A stretch of DNA of 64,000 nucleotides from assembly GCA_008632985.1 (NCBI GenBank), contig QPGO01000111.1, positions 1-64,000 of the forward strand, given 5' to 3'. The stretch comes from Psammoneis japonica (Eukaryota). The translations under genes and the position numbers were made by a program. Positions 11,119 through 20,400 of the stretch are shown one piece after another. Within the stretch, counting starts at the first letter, position 1. Each line of letters starts with the position of its first letter. The notes under the pieces are model-generated. The model had not been told where the DNA came from. It did no database searches and was given only the letters and a program-made list of their open reading frames with translations.

Positions 11119-12400
11119 CTTGAAGCCTTGAATCAGCTCTGAGCAGTCAAAGGGGAAAGCGACATTTATTTCAGGTGTTTTCATGTGACTCATTGGCACA
11201 CACAAGATCGCTGCTCACCTTCCAGCTGACACTGGCCCCACACAATTGAGACTCCATTTGGCAAGGAGATGCTGAGGACCTTTGTGCCAAGAAATTTTTT
11301 TATGCCACGTGTGCACTGACCGCTGCACGTCACAGGCGTTTGGCTTTCTAGGTGCATCGACCCAATCTCCAATGGGACCTGTTCCTGGGGTCTCCATCTC
11401 AAAGATGGAGCAGTCCATGAATCCAAGCATGTTGAATGCACCATTTGCAAACCACAAACCTGGCAACAAATGCTGCACTTGATTCAATGGATTTGTCCAA
11501 TGTGAAGGTGTGGCCAATTTTTGTTCAATTGCAGCCACAAATCGTGGAAAGTCATCCACCCATCGCTCAAGACTGTTTCTGTCCAAGAGGTGCCCAAACC
11601 AGCGCTCAGTGCGCCAAAGGAACCAAGGGTGTCCACGCGACCACCGCTTGGTGTTGCCACCAAAGAAACCTTCACACAATCTGACGTTGTCGAGTCCAGT
11701 CACAATCTTTGTCAAAGAAAACAAAAAGAGCTCTTCACCTCCAAACACACACACTTTGTTGCCAGCTGCTGGAACTCTCATGGCTTGTGGCAGACCAAAA
11801 AGCACACACAGGCGGTGCACCTGCTCATGGTCAAACTGTGTGCAAATCCTGAGCCACGCATTGGAGCAGTTGTCAATTAGCCTGTGTCTAACTCGCTCAA
11901 AGCTTGGATCCATTTCAAGCTCTTCTTGGAATGGAATGTCAGCAAGGGCTGCATCTTGCCTCGCCCAATGATCTGCAAGATGACGACACGCAACCAAAGC
12001 TGTCAACGAGCAAGCCGCACCAAAATTGAAGGGTTGTTCATCGTCCAATTCTTCTCCCAAATCCAAATCTGCAAGGTCATGCTCATGATTGATCAGAAGA
12101 AGAAAAATGGCGAGAAATGCCGTCCAATGAATGACTCCTTTCAAGGATGTGGACCAAAGCAAATGGCAAGCACGCAACAAAGATTGACCACCGGTGGGAA
12201 GCGCATGATTTCTGCACTGGCAAGGAGTGTGCCTCATTGCAGCACGGCGGCGATGTCCATTGTGGCGGTGAGGAACCCTTGGCATTTCCACTGCAGCTGT
12301 TTTGTTCTTTCTCCATTTTGCACTTGCTGGTTTTGCAAACGGGAAGCCGCTTCGAACAACCCACATGACATGGTTGCTGCTCTTGTCGCATGACTTCGGA

Positions 12401-12978
12401 GCTTGCGGCTTCACTTGAAGAGATGATGACGTGCACCCGCGGTTGGTGGTGTCTGCTGGGCGCAGACGAAATCACACCATTGGCTGCGAAGCAAACTAGA
12501 CAGCTTCCATTGTCTTGTTGCACCTCTGTGTCAATTCCCGTCTCTTGACAATTGTCAATTGCGGCCATTGATCAAACTGCATGACCTTTTTAAGACTCTG
12601 TGCGGGGGCCAACATCCACAGCAACGACTTCCGGGAACCCACCAAGAAGTCTGACGCAAGCATCAAAGAGCGCCGGGTTCCGACAAAATGTCCTCGATTG
12701 CAAACCGGCAGTTTGGGTGTCGTGTTTTTGGCAATGTTAATTGACTCAAGTGACTTGTCAATTCCAAAACTGCAAGGTAAGTGAGTGGTTTCCTCTGCTG
12801 CTTTTGTTTCTGGTGCAATGGCTGGTTGAACCCGGTCAACCGGCAGTCTACAATCACAACCTGGAATGACCACAATTGTTTCCTCTTGTTTGTCAAATGT
12901 GGTTCAAGTATGTTTAAGGGCATTAAATTGCTTCGCCGAACATGACAGGTCGAGCCCTGGACGTCGAACAAGAACACC
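12401..12978 (-). pseudogene. Decayed partial duplicate of the methyltransferase-like gene at 14729-15592, including its 3' flank
   Basis: Colinear with ~14641-15290, e.g. CCTCTGCTGCTTTTGTTTCTGGTGCAATGGCT and GACAAAATGTCCTCGATTGCAAAC. Has frameshifts and a deletion that removes the FLEIG SAM-binding segment. Confidence 0.9.
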
Positions 12979-13303
12979 ATGACTGCATGATGATTCGAAT
13001 CAAATTTCGGAAACGCAAGTCGAAACTCTGAACCGCGACCCACCCGCGACCTTACGAATCAAGCACGAATCAGCCGCGTACAGCAGTCGTACTTACAGTA
13101 GAACGTGCTTTCGCAGTACGCACGGTACATTTTCTGCATCTGATTGACATCCACGACTCACTTCCTGTCACAAAACCAAACACGCAACAGTACTAACGAA
13201 AATGAAAGACTGCGACGGGAATTAGCACATTTCCATATCCAAGAATAGAAAGAAAAGCCTTATAATACAACACGTTACTATAGCAACCAATTAAAGCAGC
13301 ATC

Positions 13304-14281
13304 ATGTCCCCAGATTCCAACAATCGATTCATATCTTGGTGCGCCTTGGCCGTCTCTTCTTCGGTATGTTTTCATGTTTCGCCGTTGGCGCGCGGATCAT
13401 GCCTTTTTGATTTAGTGTCACTGCAAACGTTGTGTCTCAATCTTTTGCAACATCAATTGGTTTGTCAATTCTGAATCATTTTGTGCTTCCTTGTTTCATT
13501 AAAGGTCGCCTTGATTGCACACACGACAACCGACTACGACTATGTCGATTCCGACATGGAGGGTTACCGGTACGGTTCGTCTCACAAGTGGGTCACCTCC
13601 GTGTGCGCCATTTCCTTGGGTATATCCTTATGTACCATTATGATACATTTTGTTCCCTCGTTCAACTTTGTCGGAGGACTCGGAGAACGCGTTGTGGCGT
13701 TATTTCTTACAATTTGTTGGGTTACCGGGCTTCCCGTGATTTTGAACCCCGACAACGATATTGCCGCGAACGAATTCGGGACACGCAACGACGATCTCTA
13801 CTTTTCGTCATGGGCTGCCTTTAGTACAGCTTTCTACATTGCCATAAGTCTGGTGGCAAAGGCTGTGGTGGGTGTGTCGACGGTTCCGAGAAAGACCTGG
13901 CTGTGGGTGACGCTCTTTGTGGCGTCCGTGGTTGTCATGGTGGCCAGCTCAAGAGACTTTAAATGTTTTTGTGACGGTTTCAATTCCAACGAGTGTGAGC
14001 GGATTGTATTTGGCGTTAGCCTTGGAGCAGTTGGAACCGTGTTTGCCTTGGCCATGTCTCTGTTGACATTGAAGGACAGAATAGACCTAATTGGCGAGTC
14101 TATCATGTCGGTTTTGCTCCTCGTCATGTACAGCTTTGGTGTCGGTTTCATAACATTTGAGCCGCTTGGCAATTTGTATTTTGCGACATGGGGCGGCTTT
14201 ATTGTGGCCATGCTTTTAACAGCTGGTTGCGTCGAGCAGCGCTTTTTTTCAGACGATGATAGTGAGAGTACGGGTACGTGA
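13304..14281 (+). CDS. Multi-pass membrane protein, two exons (intron 13364-13504)
   Basis: ATG at 13304 (MSPDSNNRFISWCALAVSSS), in-frame GTATGT...AAAG intron, about 8 hydrophobic helices with an internally duplicated LYFSSW/LYFATW motif. Confidence 0.8.
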
Positions 14282-14728
14282 CTGTTTCGCGATTTTGATG
14301 CTTTTCTCCAAGTGTATTGTACGCCTTTCCTCACTACGTTTTTTCGTGCTATTGAACGATTGATTCTTAGCACACCTGAAAACAGACCCAGAATCGCAGC
14401 GAGTGGAGGATATACCCAAGGCCTAAGACAACGGAGACTACTGTATAATATTAACACATATGGGTTGGTGGTTTATCCCTCCCTACTAGAGGTACCGGTA
14501 GATTCACAAGTAGCTTTCGTGTCCCTCTACCGGTAGACACGCTACATGTTCACCACTCTAACCTACATGAAGTACGAGTTCATACATCAGTAGCTTTCGT
14601 GTCCTTCATTTATTTAACCCACTGAAGAATAAAAGTACACAGTTACGGCTTGATCAAGCAAGGAGTGGCGGCTTAGTGCTGTCTGCTGGACACGGTAGAA
14701 ATCACATTGGCTCCGCCGCACACTCGCG

Positions 14729-15592
14729 TCAATTGTCCAGTTGTACCTCCGCGTACAATTCCCGACTCTTGACAATGATCAATCGCGGTCGCTGATCAAA
14801 CTGCATAATATTTTCGAGACTTCTTGCTACGGGAAGCAAGTCTCGATTACCACCAATGTCCATGGCAACGACTTCCGGGAACCTACCAAGGAGTCTAACG
14901 CAAGTATCAAAGAGCTTGTCGGGTTCAGACAAAATGTCCTCGATTGCAAACTCGCAGTTTGGATATCGAGTCTTGGCAATATCAATAGACTCGAGCGACT
15001 TGTCAATCCCTAAACAGCAAGGTTTGTTATTTACAGCATCCTCCTCTGCTGCTTTTGTTTCTGGTGCAATGGCTCGTTGAACTCGGTCAACCAGCGGTCC
15101 GTAGTCACAACCAATCTCTAAAAAGCATTCACCTACACACGCATGAACGACAGCAGCCCTTCTATACTGTGGGGTTTCTGGAATGACCAACACAATTCCC
15201 TCTGGTTTTGTCAAGTGTGGTTCAAGTACGGGTATTAAATTGCGGCGTCGAACACGATAGGTCGAGCCCCTTGGATATCGAACAAGGACTCGACGAGTCT
15301 CGTTATTCATATCGCTTCCTTCTTGTTCGTCGTCATCCGAAACGACTCGTGCTCTCATGAATAGCTCACTTCTCGAGTATTGTGCAGTATCATTTGTCTT
15401 AGCATGCCTTTTTGCTTGACCCTTGCTCTTCAATACCCAGCAGAGTGTTTCTGGAGCAAGTCGAGGCGATGGGAAAATTGTGCTCTCCAACTTGTCTTCG
15501 AGAATATAGCGATACGACTGTGGATGCACTGATGACGCATGGCGAGGCTGAGGCAAGTCAATAGAAGACGCACGGTCGTCGCTCTTGCTCAT
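14729..15592 (-). CDS. Class I SAM-dependent methyltransferase-like protein with a small N-terminal beta domain
   Basis: 287-aa ORF with motif I FLEIGCDYG, post-I LGIDKS, DIGGNR and PRLIIVKS. Confidence 0.75.
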   Translation of the reverse strand: MSKSDDRASSIDLPQPRHASSVHPQSYRYILEDKLESTIFPSPRLAPETLCWVLKSKGQAKRHAKTNDTAQYSRSELFMRARVVSDDDEQEGSDMNNETRRVLVRYPRGSTYRVRRRNLIPVLEPHLTKPEGIVLVIPETPQYRRAAVVHACVGECFLEIGCDYGPLVDRVQRAIAPETKAAEEDAVNNKPCCLGIDKSLESIDIAKTRYPNCEFAIEDILSEPDKLFDTCVRLLGRFPEVVAMDIGGNRDLLPVARSLENIMQFDQRPRLIIVKSRELYAEVQLDN

Positions 15593-15723
15593 TTTCGTGA
15601 CAGCTGTTGTGCGGTTTCAACATTGTCGCAAATTATGATGAGAAAAAAATGTGAGGCGAGAAAATGTGCGGTGTCTGTCCACCCATCCCACTTCGGCAGA
15701 AAAAGTGCCAATGGCGTTCGTCT

Positions 15724-16101
15724 TCACGGCGATTTCTCCTCCTCGCCGTGTAGATAGGCTTGCCACATCCAGTCGCCGTCATTTTCTTCCCCATCATCAA
15801 TGACTCCTACAACGTCTTGGTTTACATGTAGCCACGGCCCATTGACTAGGTCCGTTCTAAGGCCTTTGATTGTACCTTCTTCTTGTGTTTCAACAATCAT
15901 GAACTTTGTTTGGCTCTCATGGTCCCGAAAGGCAGGCGTCACCAGGTCGGGAGAACATTCCACAACCATGACTGGATCGTACTCGACGACCTCTTGTCCT
16001 TCCTGGACCAAGAATTCAACAATGCGAACTTTGGTGTGTGTCGGCGACAAGCGAGGAATTGTCATGCGTTTCGACAGAAAAAGAGCCGTCGTTCGGAACA
16101 T
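15724..16101 (-). CDS. Stand-alone biotinyl/lipoyl-domain-like protein with a probable mitochondrial presequence
   Basis: MTIPRLSPTHTKVRIVEFLVQEGQEV...ETQEEGTI resembles the PDH E2 lipoyl domain (MPxLSPT...EG). Arg-rich N-terminus. Confidence 0.65.
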   Translation of the reverse strand: MFRTTALFLSKRMTIPRLSPTHTKVRIVEFLVQEGQEVVEYDPVMVVECSPDLVTPAFRDHESQTKFMIVETQEEGTIKGLRTDLVNGPWLHVNQDVVGVIDDGEENDGDWMWQAYLHGEEEKSP

Positions 16102-16472
16102 GATGAATCAAAATCAATCTGACAATGTTGTCCAGCAGAAGTGGAAGCAATAAACTGTGCAAGTGTCGATAAAGAAGCAAAGATGGCGACTGTATGCCGG
16201 TATTTGTCCGCCATGGTGTTGACTGAGTCACATTTTTTGTTTTTTCAGGATGCCGTCTGGCATTCTGTCCCATTCTCAAATTTGATGCGGAACAGGCTTT
16301 TTTGCTTTTGCCACGTCACACACACAAAATAAACAAAAAACCCAAAATCGTCCAGAAAATGCGAAAAATCGAAAGAAACAAGCACTTACACAACTCCACA
16401 ACAAACCAACGCAACATCACACTTTCAACTTGTTCTGCAATACAACAACAACAGCACCTTCTTATACATACA

Positions 16473-17165
16473 ATGGGTGGTTCGTTTAGCAGTAGTAGCA
16501 GCTCTTCTAAATCCTCGTCAAAACAGCCACAACGACGCAATGTCACGATAAGTCAGGTAGACCGAGCCGTGCTGGATTTAAAGAATACCCGTGATGCGCT
16601 TACAAAATACCGTCGCAAGTTGGAACTGGATGAGGCCAAAATTGTACAGCGTGCCAAGGAGGCCAAGAACAAGGGCGATACCAAGACGGCTCTCAATTTG
16701 TTGCGTTTGAAAAAGTTCAAGCATCAACAAATGGATCAAGTAAATAATCAGCTCTTGACGGTACTGCAAATGGTGGAGACGATTGAAGGCAAACAGAACG
16801 AGGCGCAAGTCTTGGATGCCATTCAAAACGGAAAGGACTCTCTTGCCAAATTGCACGAGGAAAATTCGCTTGAAAAGGTGTTGGATCTTATGGATACTGT
16901 ACAAGAACAAGCCGAGTTGGAACAAGAGATTTCAAACGTATTGGCGGGTGTGCCCGAGTTGGACAGCGCGGCAGAAGAGGAAGTATTGGCAGAACTAGAA
17001 GCGTTGGAAAAGTCCATGAAGGCAGAAACAACACCCATGGAGCTTCCAAACGTGCCAACGACCGAATTACCAACTCCTCTTCCCAATGTACCTACAACAG
17101 AGTTGCCAGTTCCGCAAAAAGCCGAGTCAGCTTCAAAATCAGGGAGAGTTGCTGTTCCGTCGTAA
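16473..17165 (+). CDS. VPS20: ESCRT-III Snf7-family subunit Vps20/CHMP6
   Basis: N-myristoylation-type start MGGSFS, VDRAVLDLKNTRD, a coiled-coil Snf7 core, and C-terminal LPNVP (MIM2-like) motifs. Confidence 0.88.
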   Translation: MGGSFSSSSSSSKSSSKQPQRRNVTISQVDRAVLDLKNTRDALTKYRRKLELDEAKIVQRAKEAKNKGDTKTALNLLRLKKFKHQQMDQVNNQLLTVLQMVETIEGKQNEAQVLDAIQNGKDSLAKLHEENSLEKVLDLMDTVQEQAELEQEISNVLAGVPELDSAAEEEVLAELEALEKSMKAETTPMELPNVPTTELPTPLPNVPTTELPVPQKAESASKSGRVAVPS

Positions 17166-17475
17166 GTTGGTCGTCCCCGAACTATTTGTACAAACACATG
17201 ATAATATGTTGAACTCATATTGTTGTTACTATAGGTGAGCTTGTTGAATCACTACTACAAATACTATGCTATTAGCATGTTCCCCATAACTTGTCCCCAA
17301 ACTGTGAAACATGTCTACCAGCCTTCCGAAAGAGACGCACGTCCAGTAACTACCATCAACTTGTCAACAAAATCTGCTACTGCACGTACATTCCCCTAAT
17401 ACATATATACTTTCCCCTAATCATGCCCCACCCTACTGTGACTTGCTCCCTCCGGAATCGCATGTCAGATGCACC

Positions 17476-20400
17476 CTAACCCCAATGCATCGACGATGTC
17501 AAACGGGCGCTTTCCAAACGGGCCTTGCGCTGAATCTCTGTCTCAATAGCTTCTCTCAATGTAACGACCCATACGTTCTTTTCTTCCAGAGAAGCAGCCA
17601 CGGCCAAGAAGGACTTGCGTGGATGATAAACCTGAAACGCCTTTCGAAGGTACTTTTTGTTTCCACCCGATGGAAAGTAATCTGTAATCTTCATGAGATA
17701 CAACGGAAACTCCTCGTGGACCTTGTATTCTCCATTGGATGCCTTCTTGGCATAAATCAACACGTCCGAAAACAAAAAGAACCGGTACGTCGTGGTACGA
17801 CCAGATCGATTGGACCGCTTCATCAGATCACCCTCTCGAACAATCGAGCGAGACGGATCGTTCAGCAAGAATCCACCGTTGCGAATCTGTCGGACTGTGC
17901 GGTGCATCTCCTTGGCAATGCCAGAGTCAATCTTGAGAGTGGCGTGTAACTCATTAAAGATTGAGTTCACCTGTACCAAGGCATTCAGCTTGGCTTTCTC
18001 GTCTTGCGGATTCGAGCAGTCCATCTCCAGATCAATGTACCAATCCTCAAGTTTGTAAGCATTGAAGCTATGAGCACCATGCCACTTGTCGCGCTTCTCG
18101 GCAAACATCTTGAATCGAGCCAACTGAGTAACGAATGCGGAACGCTCCATTGTCATGTCTAAACAAATCGTGGAGCAAATGGCGTACTTCAACACATCTA
18201 GACAATACTCCATTCCCTGCGAATCCAAATGCGCCTTGTCAAGAGTCGAATTGATAAGTCCGTGGAACAGGTACCATGTAGACGACCAGGCTTTCTTGAC
18301 GAGATTCCTAGTCACTTGCTCGGCATCGCCCTCGGTGTCATCGCAATAGGCTTCAACCGTATAAAACGGGTTCTCGTGTACAGACAGTCCCCGAAGGAGC
18401 TCTTCGGCTGGCTTGACACTCTGTTTGATCGATTCAAGCTGTGCGTCCAGGTCCGTCATCACTGCTTCATCGTCCTTGTTGACCGGCGACACTGGAAAGG
18501 TTCCGCAGGTCATGTCCTCAATGATCGCGATAGGTTCAGCCTCGACTGAATCATAGATTGCGGAGAGATAGTCCTGAGTGAGTTCCTCGGCGTTGTCAAC
18601 CCCTCTGAGATTGTTCAAGAACTCAACTTTCGTCATTTTCTTGCGTTGCACCCGACTTGCCGTCGGAAGTTGGACCTTGTGCAAGTCTGTGTTCAGCATA
18701 ATGATAGCAAAAGCCAAGAGGAAAACCGTATCTTGATCTTGAAAGGGGCAACGCTGAAAGTCACCGGCGTTGTCCTCCCAATAGCATTGGGCAAAGGTTG
18801 TCATGACACGATCAATCTTTTGCGCTTCTCCCGGCAAACGAAAACCGCAGTTTGTCAAGAAGTAGCGAAGCCTTGTTTTTCGATATTCACAAGAAAAGAT
18901 GACGGATGAGACATGCATGAAAGGAAGCAGAGAAATCTACGACACATGGCACAAAGAGAAGTACACTTACCCTTCTTCAATATTCATCCCAACAAAAGAA
19001 ATCGCACGAACGTAGTTGAAGCGAATCAAGTTTTTGTATTCAACACCCGCACCATCGATTCCTCCGTCTCCCAAGTAGTTCCCCAACACTTCAGAGTCGA
19101 TCTTTGAGCTATGGATTCTCAGAAAAGAAGCAATATCTCTTGGTGACGGCGTGAGAAAATTGGATGCAACGAGATAGTCAATGGCTTTGTTTAAGCTCTT
19201 CTCCTCGATCATTTTAAATGCGACACCAAGGGTCTCTTCCGAGTTTGGAATGTCCTCTGCATCATTGTTGCTCTCTGTAAGATTTGTCTCGTCTTCTCCT
19301 TTCATCATTTTGATTGGCGCAGTTGAAGGCGCCGCAACATTTCGACTTGGTTCAGGGGTCTGTGGCTGGTTCTGTGGCTGTCGAACCGGCGACATGGACC
19401 TCCCACGTGGAGGCTTCAAGGCCTTCTTTCGTTCAGGGGCGATCGATTTTTGCCAATAGTCTACCATTTCACTACCCCTTTCAGGGCTTTGAGATCTTGA
19501 CCGAGGAGATGTAACGTCTCTATGGAGGATGGGTACTTGCAGCCTAGGAACTCCATTTTTCCGAAATCTACTTGCCGGCGAAGGTATATCGAACTCATCA
19601 ACAGACGCGCTAGGCTCGCTCTCATCCAGCGCTGTACATTCATTCTCGGGATCTTGCCTTTCCTCTTCTAGCGATGTCCAAGTCGTAACCAAATGCCGAA
19701 ATTTTGGTCCAGAAGCAGTGGCTGCACTCTCGGCGAGGGACTGTATTAGAGGACGGGAATCAATCGTGAGAACGCTGAGTGAAAACATAGATACAGTGCG
19801 AAATGCCAGTTATACAAACCTTAGCAATCTTTGTAAGAGCCTCAAAGGACTTATGTTGCAAAACACGTCCTCCCTCTGGAATCGATGTCCGTACCGCTCC
19901 CTTTTCTGACGCTGAGGAAGATCTTGGGGAAGTCGGCGGACCAGCCCCAGTGGTTTGGCTCAAATGGATTCTCTCTCCAATGATGTCTCCCGATTTTTCG
20001 GCGATCGTGCAAAGTGCGGCACAAAGCTCCTGGCAGATTTTCCACTGCGGTCCTGGCATGATTCTTGACGTGGCACTGCTAGTCCCTCCCACGGAAAAGT
20101 CTAGGTCAAAGTTGAGGAAAATCTCAAGCATATCATCCTTCCCGGCGGAGAACCAGATAGTCAACTGTTCAAGAATCTCAACCTGATGTGAGAGCAGTTT
20201 CTGCGATTGATGAGTGCCGGCAGATCCGTTACTCTGTGATGAAACCGACGGCTCTAAATGTTTGCCTGACGACAGAAGATGAGGACCCAACTGGAGGACC
20301 CTCATGATAAACTGCTCAATTAAGACACCTAGCTCCATCTTCATAGAACGTCGATAGTAAGGCGTGCACCAAAGAGCAGATATCATTCGGATCATCCTTC

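Larger units (their letters stand above)
5791..12390 (-). pseudogene. Harbinger/PIF-type DDE transposase pseudogene, split by an 80-bp intron (11139-11218) and the gypsy insertion
   Basis: N-part: GFMDCS...QRSV...IKVLSISLPNG...GPVSA. C-part: MK.V.TAVEWS.G...N..TCFNHNQI...FGLLPPTVEE.L. Removing the GTGAG...CAG intron and the gypsy with one TSD copy gives a continuous frame GPVSAGRADSRLQELSGIGNCLLQLQQG. Confidence 0.8.
3520..12400. mobile_element. Degenerate PIF/Harbinger-like DNA transposon (DDE_Tnp_4-like transposase on -, second ORF on +), interrupted by a gypsy element
   Basis: Two convergent ORFs, as in PIF/Harbinger. Possible degenerate termini CCGAGTCGCACGAC (~3519) and GTCGCATGACTTCGG (~12386). 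Boundaries are approximate. Confidence 0.6.

Noticed and set aside
1..12980. Alternative genetic code or A-to-I RNA editing as the cause of Tyr->Cys/His
   Set aside because: Host genes use TAY normally. The changes occur on both strands, in non-coding LTRs and in DNA transposons, and the two LTRs differ reciprocally.
1..12980. Classical RIP or CpG decay alone
   Set aside because: C->T cannot remove TpA or turn conserved Tyr codons into Cys/His/Arg. CpG decay explains only the CpG-poor cores.
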